Shown here one piece after another: positions 1 through 12,128 of a stretch of DNA of 64,000 nucleotides; the first letter of the stretch is position 1; each line of letters starts with the position of its first letter. This DNA is from Microthyrium microscopicum (taxonomy: Eukaryota): NCBI GenBank assembly GCA_010405405.1, contig MU004235.1, forward strand, positions 138,538 to 202,537, given 5' to 3'. The position numbers were made by a program, and so were the translations under genes. Below the pieces are notes generated by a model. It was not told where the DNA came from and ran no database searches. It saw nothing but the letters and a program-made list of their open reading frames with translations.

Positions 1-1
1 T

Positions 2-288
2 CCCAAGGCTTATATTGACAACAAAACTACCTCTGGCGTGGATATGAAAAGGTGGTTCTGCGGAGACTGCGGTAGTCCAGTGATGTCCACCACACCTGCA
101 GCTCCAGGCATGATATGTAAGTTACTGTCATAATGTTACGATATGTTGTTGCATGACTAAACGACATAGATGTTAAAATGGGACTGTTTGATAAGGTGCC
201 TCGTGTTGCGGCCCACTTGTTCACGAAGAGTAAACTATCGTGGGAGCCATCAGTTGAAGGAGCAACGCAGTTCGAAACGTCGCCGTAA
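2..288 (+). CDS. 3' part of a GFA/Mss4-like (glutathione-dependent formaldehyde-activating, CENP-V family) protein; 5' end lies outside the window
   Basis: Manual translation gives PKAYIDNKTTSGVDMKRWFCGDCGSPVMS... with the RxFCxxCGS motif. Intron 117-169 (GTAAGT...CTAAAC...TAG), then YVKMGLFDKVPRVAAHLFTKSKLSWE...; stop TAA at 286-288. Confidence 0.85.
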
Positions 289-890
289 ATTGTACAAACA
301 TCAGGTCGATAATCCGAGCACTTTCCAGCCCCCCTTACTCGATCTCTCAAACTGATAATCCTGCACCTTGGGCTGAGCAACCTCTGGTAATAATTTTGGC
401 TGTTGCTAGTGACGATTCCAGTAGACTTTTCCATCACATAACTAACATGATCTTTGATATCCAAGAATTATCGATTGTCACCGCAAGCAAAGGTTGTATA
501 GGCTCTTCACATTTATACTTATATTAGTTCTATACTCGGATCGCACACGAGCAATCATACCTCGCGAATTGCATCAGTGGCCGCATTTAAGTTTGTCCGC
601 TCTGCTCCGAATGTTATGTGTACTATAAATATAAACAAGGTCGTCAAACATTGATCAATCCAACATATCTACCAGTATTTCCGGCAAAGTAGTTCTCACC
701 CAAGGCATCAAAAAGCTAAAAGAAAAGTCCACAAGTCCATAGGTCCATAAAATAATCCAGGGTAATGATTATTGGAAACGCCGAATGCTCCGTTGAAATA
801 TGTTGCTATCGGTACAAAAGAATGGGGGAGATCGAGTCTCAGAAGGCAGTGATCAGGTTTTTCATTTTGGACAGCCAGTGAGCGGTTGTC

Positions 891-2441
891 TTATATGATA
901 TGACCACGTGGTATCGCGGCGAAGATGGCCACAATGATGGCACTGATAAGAACGGCTGCAAGGAGGGCCTGGATGAAGATGGTATCCTGGATTTGGCGCA
1001 GCATTGGCTCTTTGATGTAGGTCTCGCGATCGAAAACTTGGCGTACTACATTGCGCTTCTTGTATTTATTCACCCACGGCTCATCTTCGAAGCTGTTTTT
1101 GGATGGACTTCGCAAGCTGTCGATATCGATGGAGGCGGAACTTAAATTGTATTCACTACCGTGTTTGAGCGTGCCATCCTCTTCTTGCACAGCAAAGAGC
1201 TCCCAAGGCCGAACATGCTGATGATGAAGACCGTGAAGAACCTAATGATGTTAGCTTGGACCTGATAGATTCAGAAACTGGCAACTTACAACACACATGC
1301 CCTTCCAGGCTGCAATGAGCGTGGCAATACCCGGCACTAGCAGCAGAATAGGAAGTACCCGCCAGGCGCGGCCAGCATGACTGATGGTGAGAAGAATTTG
1401 CGTCACAATCCCCGCAAGGATAAGGGAGATTCCAAGACCACGCGCGAAGATAACGCGAGGACGATTACCGTTACAAATGGCCCATCGAATGAAGTTTGGA
1501 TGTGATTGTTGACGGAGTGAGTATTCCACGTTGTTGACTAGCTCCCGAAATGCGGATGGATGGGTAGTGTATTCCAAGGCTCTGAGAGTGGCATGACGTT
1601 CGCGGCCAGAAAAGTTCAGCTCGCGAGGAGCATGTTCTAGAATATATATGGCTAGGATACGGTTGATCTCGTCACGATGCGGCTGAACGGTAACTGAAAT
1701 GTGGTATTAGCTGAGCTTCAAAGAGCCTTTGACCGCTGAACGTACATGGCTTCTTTAGTCCGGCATCTTCAAAGGCGCTCTCAGCAGCGTTCGTATGGTT
1801 GGTCATTATTGAACGCATACCCGTGGTGGGACGAATAGAGCCATCCTGTGACTGTATAGTCTCGCGCTTTTCGCTGTTTGGGGTCTGTGGGATCGCGGCA
1901 AATGGAATAGCCTCGGACCCTTCAGTCTCTTGAAGCTTAGGCTTCTCATCAAAGTCGCTACCCTTGAATAGCTCTTTTTCAGTCTTGCTTTGGTGAGCCG
2001 CCTTGACCGTGGTCCGATATTGTTTGCGTTCTGCCTCTGCCATGTCTGGCGTCCATTCTGGTGCAAGGACTCGTTCGGAGTTTGGTGTAGTCTCCCACCG
2101 CTTTTCATAGTCCTTAAACCAAAGAAAAAACTGCAAGTTTTCTGGCGCGAATTCAACATATTTCAAATAGTTGAGGAACTCGCGCTTAGTGCAGGGCTTG
2201 TGATGTATTAGCAAACCATATGACATATAAAGATATTGCGTGAGCTTACTGGACAAGTTCCTCCACTGATTATACGATCGAAAGATAGAGCGTCCGGTAT
2301 TCCTTTTGCTGTAAGAGGCATAGACTTGAAGGAAGCGCCACTTTCCGACTCGATTATGCTCATGCTAGAATCCATCGAGCCATGGGATTTGTGGGAACGC
2401 GCGACATAACGCGGACGACTGTAGTTGAGCGCAAGAACCAT
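891..2441 (-). CDS. RGS-domain protein with C-terminal hydrophobic/transmembrane segments (Rax1/RgsB type), multi-exon
   Basis: ORFs 2208-2441, 1672-2256, 1251-1577 and 891-1190 join via introns (e.g. 2197-2249, GTAAGC...AAG). RGS signature EFLNYLKYVEFAPENLQFFLW, segments RELNFSGRER and HPNFIRWAICNGN, and three hydrophobic segments. Confidence 0.85.
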
Positions 2442-3670
2442 TTTGAAAGTGGTTAATAATTGCGATGATTGACCTCCTGGTTCGAACTTTGAGCAGTGTT
2501 ACAAAGATCTCTGAAGCAGCAGAGAAAAGAGCGACTAGGTCAACTGCAGTTGGAAGCTTTGAGGCCTGGAGTTACCTAAACAATAGGTATCCACAACGCA
2601 AAGCCAGTAAGCTTGAACTCCAGTTCAAAGTGTATAGATTGCGAGATGGAAACACAGACTTGCGCTTTGTGTCGGCACTGGAGCGGTAGGCAAGAGAACA
2701 AAACAGTGACTAGGAGTATGTGGGTGGTAGTAAAGTCAAGTTGACAACACGACTCACGAGAGGCTGAGAATAATAAGAGTTTACGCAATGAACGACACGG
2801 ACGATTGAGCGTTTTCTCTTAAACTAGCACCACGCGCTGAGCGCATGGATTGAGCAACATCGTTACTCTTTATGTATCAAAGGGGACGGCTCGCCATGCC
2901 CGACTTGCAGAAGTGCTTTTGCGCCGCCCCAGAAAGCCAGTAGTCGCCCATTTCTCTAAACTTTGACGGTAGAGTGATTGGCGTTGAAAGACAACGAGCC
3001 AACCAGGGATGTAGAAGTGAGTGACGGTCCCCCAGCCGGGCAGATCCAGGTCTGTGCCAGGATTCTCGATCAAGACTCCATTAATCCAGAATCCAGGTGC
3101 AAGTTAAGAGAGGATCGGCACTAGCGCCAAACCTTTACCACAGTATCTAAGCCTTCTCTGGCATCTCTGCGCAAGACACACAGACAAGGCAACGGAGCCT
3201 CGCAGAAAACATGCCTGATTGGGTTGGTCTGCCCCCAGGTCTTGAACGCCACCACCCACGTCTGGAGCTGTCATTCGAGGAAGAGGCTTGATCCGGATTA
3301 ACGGTCAAGAGCATAACTGTGTGGCTGGTCTTTCGCCTTATTGAAGTCTGGGCAACCAAATACGTAAATCAGTCCAGGGACTCAACTTTTTGTTACGGCC
3401 CTGACACAGTCGGCATCTTCCAACCTAATCGTTATATCTCAGGTTGGCGGTTCCGATATCGAGTAGTACTACGGTGGTGTCAGGAGGATAAGGGGCAAAC
3501 TGAACAGCGTACCAGCAGTGGGTACAGCAATGAGTGGAGCTACAAGCAAATGCAGTTTGGGATCCTCCAAGCCAAGCTAGGTGCATTTTCGCTTGCCCCA
3601 ACAAGGATCCAAGATCTCGGGATTTTGTTCTGAGTTTTCGCAGTATTGACGATCATAATTCAGCATTTTA

Positions 3671-3816
3671 CCGAAAACTTCCATCGAGTTGCACAATGCT
3701 AGCGCGGTTTTCCAGCGAGGTTCTGTCCCTTAGCAATAGTGAGGGTCCCCTAAATCAGAAGCACCCCCTGCAAGAAAAACCACGCTAGCATTGTGCAACT
3801 CGATGGAAGTTTTCGG
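3671..3816. mobile_element. 146-bp MITE (non-autonomous, Tc1/mariner-like by TA target duplication)
   Basis: About 41-bp terminal inverted repeats (CCGAAAACTTCCATCGAGTTGCACAATGCTAGCG...) with one mismatch; TA at 3669-3670 and 3817-3818; no coding capacity. Confidence 0.85.
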
Positions 3817-5676
3817 TATACAAAAGAAAACCCTGTTCCTGGACCAACCGGGGCACATTCAAGGCCTTCACCCTGTCTCATCGAATACATCTGTTTTTGA
3901 TGTCTTCTAATCCTAGCCACAGTAGCAACATTTATTGGGAGTGAAAGAAAGGGGTTCGTTGTAAATTTTGGAGTAGCGATTGATCCTAGATCAAGCTAGC
4001 CATCTTGGGACGTACTAAAATATTGATGCACTGTTTTGAGACTCGTGAGAGGACAAGCTGTTGCACTACTACGGGTATTGTGAAGCCGATATTCAGCTGT
4101 GCGTTGACTCGTCGAGCCTGGCTATCATTAGAGTCGATGACATTTGGTACTCACCCAAGTCATAAATGGCAACGAATACATTCATACATCTTCTTAACTC
4201 TTTTCAATAGACATGAAAGACATGATATCATTACCGGCGGCTGGCCAGACCTGTCCCTTGGCGGGGCGTATGGGATGATAATAACAATATTGAAAAGTTG
4301 AGGCCGCCGCCATTTGATCTAAGACCTCATTGTTGAATCCATATGTTTGTAGGTACCTACCTCCTACCTTTAGTCATGCTGTCATACATCGATCAAGGAG
4401 GCTGGTTGCACTGTACCTGATATCGCACGAAAGATACAAAAGACAGTATTTGAGATCCAAAAGTGACATAAAAATGGATTCGTAGGGCAGATGGATCGGC
4501 GTGTTCGGGCTTTTAGCCACGCGGTTCTTCGCGTTGCGCTATCCATCATTGTTTCAATTCAGCTTCTTAGTGCCGTCTTCGAATTGCACTAGAACCTTAG
4601 AACCTGACTCTTGAGTCTTAGGTACGGTATGGTCACCGGTTAGTAATTCTTCGCTTTTTGATATAATACTCTACCTCTTCCCTATTGGGGTTAAACAACA
4701 TTGACGTGAGTCTTAATTCCCCACATGCTAAAACATGGGAAATGCATGAATTTGCATACACTTTGAACCATGAGTGATACCACAAATATATACTGATTAT
4801 AAATGTAATAACTGGTAATCTTTGGACTGACGATAGTACTACGTTCTGGGCTTCCTCTCCTACGATCTTTTATAGGAGGCGTGAGCTGTTACCATATCCG
4901 GATCTACCCAACAAATGTCTTCGGGGCCGAACCATAGCTCGACCAATACGTACAGAGAACAACCTTCATAATCATAGATCATACCAACATGTATACACAT
5001 ACCTCCCATGGATAGGTTGAGCGATGTATCCACGACCTTACTGGTAGTATTGCGCCAAGGCTTACAAAAGCAACCTGAGTTCAGGTCGTTACTGTCCTCT
5101 TTTTTCTTGGATGTTATCGCTAAGTTATCCCAACTTCTAACAGCCCGAAAGTTCTCGGGGAATCGACGGGGATCATCTTCTACCATAATGGACAAAGTAT
5201 AGATAGATCGATTATTTAGTTTGAAATGTAACCTTCCATGCATTTTACAGCCTGTTTATTATGCAACAAATATACATTCCTTTTCTGAGAATTTGTTCTG
5301 CCTCAAATGTTTTCTCATGGATGCAAATGTATAATTTTGTGCGACATGTTGTGCAGTCTTGTCCTGAACCTGCACTTCTCTTTCGCACTTCTATACCAGA
5401 ATTGGGCCTATTGTTCCAGCCATTGCATTTGCTTTATTCGATTTCATTGTAGCTTGCATATTTATTCGCAGTGACGGGACTCCGGGAGCTGCCCGAGCGC
5501 ACGTGTAACAAACTCTCAACGTTCGTTGTTCTTTGCTTTTGTTCGGCATGGTTAAGCGAGAGGCGCCGTTGAAAAATAGGTCCCTGGTCCAGAACCATAA
5601 AAATGAATAAAAGAAGTTTCCACTGACCCCTTACTTAGGCCCCTCCCGCCAGAGGCCCCCCTTTACTATCTACTGG

Positions 5677-5745
5677 CTTAAGCTTAGACCTGTTACTAAA
5701 TTAAGTAGCGCCGCTACCTAATTTAATGATAGGTCTAAGCTTAAG
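5677..5745. repeat. Near-perfect hairpin inside the foldback element (34-bp arms, 1-nt loop)
   Basis: CTTAAGCTTAGACCTGTTACTAAATTAAGTAGCG-c-CGCTACCTAATTTAATGATAGGTCTAAGCTTAAG; 4 mismatches, all transitions. Confidence 0.9.
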
Positions 5746-5760
5746 ACGGATTTGCCTAAC

Positions 5761-6392
5761 AAACCTGAGGTAAGGGTTAGTAGCCCTTTAAGACGCGTTT
5801 AAAGCCAAAATATACTAAAAATTAGTGATAGCAACGTTAACGAAGCGCGCGCGCGTACGTGAAGTAGGTATATATAGGGGTAGGGAGCACTAGGGGATAG
5901 GATCTACGTAGGAATAGGCATAGGAATAGGTAGGGGAATAGGCATAAGAATAGGAGCTTAAAAGACGTAATTAAAGGTATTAAAGATTAAAGGTACTAAG
6001 CTACTAAAACACGTCTTCTGGTAAAAGACTAGTGCTAAGCCTTAGCAATCTAATCTAATCAATCTTATTAATAAGAAGGATCAGCTAATCATAGAGAGGC
6101 TTAGCAACGCTTAGCATTTTTACTCCCTTTAGATTAAGACGTGTTTTAGTAGCTTAATATCTTTAATATCTTTAATACCTTTAATTACGTCTTTTAAGCT
6201 CCTATTCCTATACCTATTCCCTTACCTATTTCTATACCTATTCCTATATAGATCCTATTCCTTAGTACTCTCTACTCCTATATATACCTACTTTATATAT
6301 ATATATACGCTTTATTAATATTACTATTACTAATTTTTAGGTTTATTTAGTATCTAAACGTATCTCTTAAGGGCTACTAATACCTTAGGTTT
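5761..6392. repeat. Inner long inverted repeat of the foldback element (arms about 5761-6017 and 6136-6392)
   Basis: The arms align by eye over about 255 bp, including GGAATAGG(C/T)A-like subrepeats. Differences are mostly C->T/G->A changes in the right arm. Confidence 0.9.
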
Positions 6393-7559
6393 ATACTTAA
6401 ATTTCCTTATTTTACTAAAGTATCCTAGCTTTTATACTTAGCTAATTATTAGATTTAGTAGTAGCACTAAGGCACTTTTTGACTTAGTATATGCTAATAG
6501 TAAGAGTGGCGAGGAGGCTTAAGGGGGGCCTCTGGTAGGGGGGGCTTTAGGAAGGGGTCAGTGGAAACTTCTTCTGTAAAAATGAAGCATTAGTTGCACT
6601 CAAGCTTTGTGTGCCGGTCTAATGCTATTTCAGGGGTACTCAAATTCACAGCTTTACTGATACGATTGCCTACCTTGGACCGCTCCGTATTGCCAGAGAC
6701 ATTGTGACATCTTACGACTTTGAAATACGCACGAATTGCACAAAAATAATTCGGTCATTCGATATGGACTGTAACTGCATGATGTACCAGGTATCAATGC
6801 GGCGTAAAAATATTCTGCTAGCTGGGACATCAAGCTCCCTATATCAAGGTTCGAAGATTCAACCACATAATTAGGTCAATGAGCACGAATTCTCAAAACA
6901 ACAAGCTTAGATTCATCAGCGTTTATGAAGTACATGCGTGTTTTCTAGATCTGCTAAACTCCTCCTTAACTCAAATACCATGCCAAACGAGACTGAAGGT
7001 TTTGTTTAACCTTTTGCAAGAGTAAAAAGCTCAAGGCTCAAATTTCAAGCTGAAAGCCTATGTTCAAGTTTTATACCGCGAGTTATACCGTGAGTTGTCA
7101 GCACTACATACTCAGCTATAGACTGCTATTTTGAGGCTATTGTTTATTCTGTATATAGTTAACAGTGTGCGCGATCATTGTCGCAGTGCCATCGCTACTT
7201 GATAGCAGAAAAACAGAAATATTATTGCGCAAGACCAGTAGGATATAGTGCACAATGTAAAGACATCGAAGTCTACTCTATTTCATCAGATGGGACTACC
7301 TACACTATCTAGACGAAAGCTCAATTAGTATAGAAGTATAGAATAAGTTTTCGAATTGCTTTCAACCCTGTGCGTAGCAGATGTTAAAATAACATTATGA
7401 TCAATGTGGACATAGCTATCGATGACTATAATTGTGCTTTGACATGGTGGTTATTTGTCGGCTGGTAAAGGGCACAACGAGAAGTCAATATTCCTCTGCG
7501 CAGAAAACTTTAGAGGAGGTGTAGTCTGGGCTTGATCTCTGATTCTTTTGACATCCATT

Positions 7560-7790
7560 CATCGCATCTCAATGTAGTAATGATGTGGTCAGCCTTGGAG
7601 TCATTTTGGTCGACTTCAAATGGTTCCCAGTACAGTCTGTCACTGCGCGATCTTGTTGACCACAACCGGTATTTTAGAGTTTTGAATATAGTTTCGTTGC
7701 GTTCTTACTATTTCCTATCACAGTGATAGATTTAAGTAAGATATTCTGAGAAAGTGCGACAACATGGTAGGTAGGCAAGTTAAGGCCTGA
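7560..7790 (-). pseudogene. Possible degenerate HET-domain-like relic
   Basis: Minus strand reads LPTYHVVALSQNILLKSITVIGNSKNATKLYSKL*, then in another frame KYRLWSTRSRSDRLYWEPFEVDQND. This loosely resembles the HET pattern PxYxALSY...IxVNG...TxNLxxAL...RxLWxDxxCIxQxD. Weak, judged by eye only. Confidence 0.2.
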
Positions 7791-10700
7791 GCCGGAACAC
7801 TCCATTTTCTGAGATCAATGAAGAAGTATGCTGACATGAAAGCTTTTACCAAACTAACTTGGTGAATGTGATATTAACATGGTCTTGAAAGCTAAAAGAA
7901 GCTAGATAACATATCACAAGCAGACAAAAGACCTCTATCTCCATACGCTGATGCTGCTTTACTATTTCCCTACTACTTGACTCTTTTCGTTCGTGCCTCC
8001 CAGATCTGCACATACTACGGCCTGTATTGCACATCTCCCGAACATAAGCTTATATAGTCGTAAGCTGTTCTTGGAGATGAACTATTTTAGACATATTGAA
8101 GGATGTCGACACGATGCCCTGATTCGAGCAGTTCACCGTTCTGGGATGAGTTCCAGCGCAATTAACTCCAGACGCACAGATGAGCAATCAGAAGGTGAGC
8201 TACCACCGTTGGATTCGGATTTGTGATATGAACTTGAGTCGTATAGTCGATAGGTCAATCGGTGTCGAACGTTCTGTATAAACTCCCTCTCTCCTATGAT
8301 TTAGGTCTTCGACTCATGTTTGATACAAATTTTACGCGTTCATTATTCAACTGTTGTAAACATAATGTAAAGCTTGAAAGCAATCACAATCGTTCCCTTA
8401 GATTCCGACTTGGTAGCAACTCGTCATACGCCTTGCCTACATCACCAAAGGGCAGCGGGTTCCAAAATATGCCGGTAATAAGCATAAGATATTGACATAT
8501 GCAAGATAATGAAAGCAGTGCTACAGAGACAATGGCACCTGCAATCAAAAGATGGGTCTGGGCACTTTCATTGTACGTATGTACATCTCAATCAGAAAGA
8601 TAGGGGGGTTGAAATCAAAGCAGGACTGGGGAGAACTGGTCTGCAGCAAAAGATTTCTGGACCACAAGCAAAACTCTGGAGCAACAGGTAGCTTATGGCT
8701 GCTACTGGTCAAAACAAAACGACCTGTAACAGCGCTCATGCCGCGGTAGACACGACTACAGCCTCGAACATGCTCCCAATCAACTGATTTTCGACCGCTT
8801 AGACTTCCGCTCCTCTACTACCTGATAGAAAGCTCGACAGGCAATATAACGTTTGATTTTGAGCCAGTCATGTTGAGCTTGCGCATCTAGCAACGACGTC
8901 TAATTTACGTTCATCAGACATGGCAAGCAGTAATAAACTGATCCGACCAAGACGCGGCACACGCTTCAAGGGCATATCAGACTTCGGCCCATCACAGCTC
9001 CACACCCTACTTAAAATCGCCAAGATGAAGCCATATGTACACCAATTCGGAGCGCACATATGCCTCACCTTCCCAACCGATCTCGAGCGCAATCAAAACG
9101 AAGGAATCACCGTAACAACCTACTGCTTATAAGGAAACAACGACCACAACTTCGGCGAATGCGGGAGCAAAGCGCCACCCATGCTGAGCAACAAAGTCAT
9201 TATCGCCGCAGCAAGGACTGAACAATGCACGCCCGCTCAGATAGCTCTGCCATGAAATTAGAAGCGCGGCGTTGTGGTGCTTCCCAGAGCAGTCAAAGTA
9301 GAGCATCATCAGAAGAACGTTGCAACTCACGAAAAGTGTAAGTTCAAGGACAATGACATGGCAAAGCTGAAAATCGGTTAAACTTTGAGAGTGAATGTGA
9401 ATCCGCATAAGGTGATGGATCATCAGTACTTGTCGGCATGGATTATCCACGATCAGTTTGAGGAGCTATTTTGATATGATCCGCGGAATATCTTAGTATA
9501 TCTACCATGGCCGCGGTAAGTTTGCAAATCGCTGCATTGGCAATGCGTTCCAAGGAGTGTTATCAAGGATGATTGGACCAGAAGCAGCAAGAAAAGATTT
9601 GTCAATCAAAAAGATTTGTTGATATTATGTGGATTCGTTCGGCCCAAGAATAATCCTTCATCCGGTGCGTGTGTTGGGCTGTTGGGAGTTTTCTCCTTTT
9701 ACTATTTTCCGTAGAGGTTTTGGGCTGACGTTGATACACAAGCGATAACGGGTGAGAATGATTCCACAATTTTTACAAGGTTTGGCATGCATTTGGACGT
9801 CTAGAATTGTCCCCAAAGTCGGAATATACTTTTATGTAGGACGGGAAGTCTAAGGCGCGCATGTGCTATTTCTTCCCGCCGGAATGATGTTTGACAGAGC
9901 CGTGGTATTGGAAGTGTCGAAGCCAGGTAAATGGAAATATCAAGGAACAAGTCTGTTAAGATAAACTTTTATGCCATTGCCAAACTGGTTTCTGGAGCTT
10001 TGATAGCCCATGCGCTGCAATAGACCGTTCAAAACCCGTCAAACAGCAAAAGTTTGTTTCTGGATTGTTGAGGTGTACGGATCGAACAAAAAAATGGAAG
10101 GCAATTGTTGAGCTGTTGTTGACGTGGAGAGAAGCCCGATAATCCGAGTGCGAGTTCCTCGACAATTCTGCTCAAAATTCGCCGTTAGTGCGTTGGATGA
10201 AAAATATCTGCCATTCACCGGCAAAGTAGTTGATCCACGGAATAAATATGAAGACTCTTGTGATGAGCATGCATAATTGTTTGACTAACTATCCGTTTAC
10301 CTGCAGGTGTCAAGTACAAGTGCTAGTAACATGTTAGCAGATGTACTCTACCCCAGCTTGCCGGCTGCGCGGACGACTCGTCGGACGAAGTTGCACTTGT
10401 TATCTTTCCTAAGCAGGATAGACGTTCTTTTGCTGACGAAACGTTCCAGTAATGTAAATTGTCTGATACATTTTCAAGAGTACTGATAGCTGAATTGGAT
10501 GGTCGTGTGTTGGGAGAAGTGTGCTGCGTGGGAATCACTCCCAAGCTCAAGACTGAAAACCGTTTCGAAACCCTGCATCCAGCAAGCTTACCACAGATCA
10601 TAAGAGCGTGCATGGAACTGACGTTTTGCCCAGGCCAATGATAAGAAAGTACCCGAGAAAATGAAGCGACGTAACGGGTTGCAAATGTACCTGGTTCAAA

Positions 10701-12128
10701 GGCAAGGGAAGGGCCGTCGCATCGAGTAATATATCTGGCCGAACAGCTCGTAGTCAATGGTGACGCGCGAAAATCCTACTTCAAACACTTGCTTCGCATG
10801 ACGATGCAGTCACTAAAACGTGCCCATTACGCGAGAATTAAGCGACTTTGGTTCGACAAGATCTTGTGCCCCGTATCGCGTATATACAGTAGCAAACGAA
10901 GTTGAAGAAACCAGGTCGAGCAAAAGAAGAGTGGAAATCGGGAAGGAGACGGATCCATCCGAGATCGAGGCAGCCGAGCAGGCAAGGCGATTGGGCGCTG
11001 TGCAAGCGAGATGCCACCAAGACGCGCCAAACGGGCGCTGGAGGCAAAGCTGGGAGCTGGCGGATGCATCACCTCGGTTTACCTCGCATTCGTTTCTTCA
11101 ACCTCTATCTCGTTGGAATCTTGGAGAGTCCATGGAGTATGTACAGCCGCATGAGGCGAGAATTGAAGGTTGTGTCGATAGATTGCCAGGTGCCTGACCA
11201 GATACCGACATCGCCTCGCATTAGCGCATGGCATTATTTTCAAAAAGTTCTGGCCTTTGAGCCTTGTAAGGTAAGAGTTAAAGAGACACAGTTGAATTAT
11301 TTATCGAAAGATGCGGCTCTTTCCGAGTGACTGAGGTTGGACCGTAGGAATGAAGAGCTCTCTGGGCCATCGGATCGCGGTAAAATAGTCATCCGTCACC
11401 ATGGCTTAAGCTACTCTGGCGTGTATGACCACCAATTGCCTCGTACGGCAAAGGAGTCTTTCGGAGCAGTCTTGAATCTTGAGCGAAATACCGAAAGATT
11501 GAACTGCGACAGGGGATCCCAATCCTTTTTCCCCCAGATCAAATGTTAAGCTTCTGTTGTTTGATGTCCGTGCTGCCCATGTTTCGTTTACCTCTGATCT
11601 TGAACTGAGTGATGAGTCTTGACAGTACATTATCTTCACTCTTGCACCCATTCGGCTTCTGGAAGCTATCTGGTGTTTCAATCTCTTCATTCTCTTTCTC
11701 TTGGACTTGAAACTTGTTTTGTGACAAGGGTTCCTATTCACTGTCACTCGATTCTTTACCACCCCTCCCTCCTACCCATTCCTCCATCTTGATATCAAGA
11801 TCAGGACCCTTAACTGCTCTATTTCGTGCGACCTGATCTTCTCGTCAACCAGCTTCTTTTCACTTGGTTGATTCTGAGCATTTCAATAGTTCGATCGAAT
11901 TAATCATGTGGTGAACCTCTGATCCACCTCAATTGCGCATACTACTAGTAGTTCCACCTGAACATTTAGTTATTGACCATCTGCGTCAGTACCTGCCGTT
12001 ATTCCAACACCTGCATGAATTGAATACGAGCCGAACATCCACACCTTTGAATTGGAATCCTCACACCACCCAACTGCTTAATAGCAGAATCTCCTTCCAC
12101 TCCGAACTTCCTATCCTCGACATTCGCC

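Larger units (their letters stand above)
5608..6576. mobile_element. 969-bp non-autonomous foldback DNA transposon (MULE-like by 10-bp TSD), with RIP-like mutations
   Basis: Direct repeat TAAAAATGAA at 5598-5607 and 6577-6586. About 56-bp outer inverted repeats (AAGAAGTTTCCACTGACCCC... / ...GGGGTCAGTGGAAACTTCTT). Interior is AT- and TpA-rich, with long inner inverted repeats and no ORF. Confidence 0.85.

Noticed and set aside
4440..5243. Minus-strand fragments (GSKVLVQFEDGT; YVLVELWFGPEDICWVDP) reminiscent of Tudor/SH3-like barrels
   Set aside because: Too short and interrupted by stops; no coherent gene model can be supported by eye.
8500..11762. Many 60-144 aa ORFs on both strands
   Set aside because: No recognisable motifs or splice structure, and they overlap in conflicting frames; consistent with chance ORFs.
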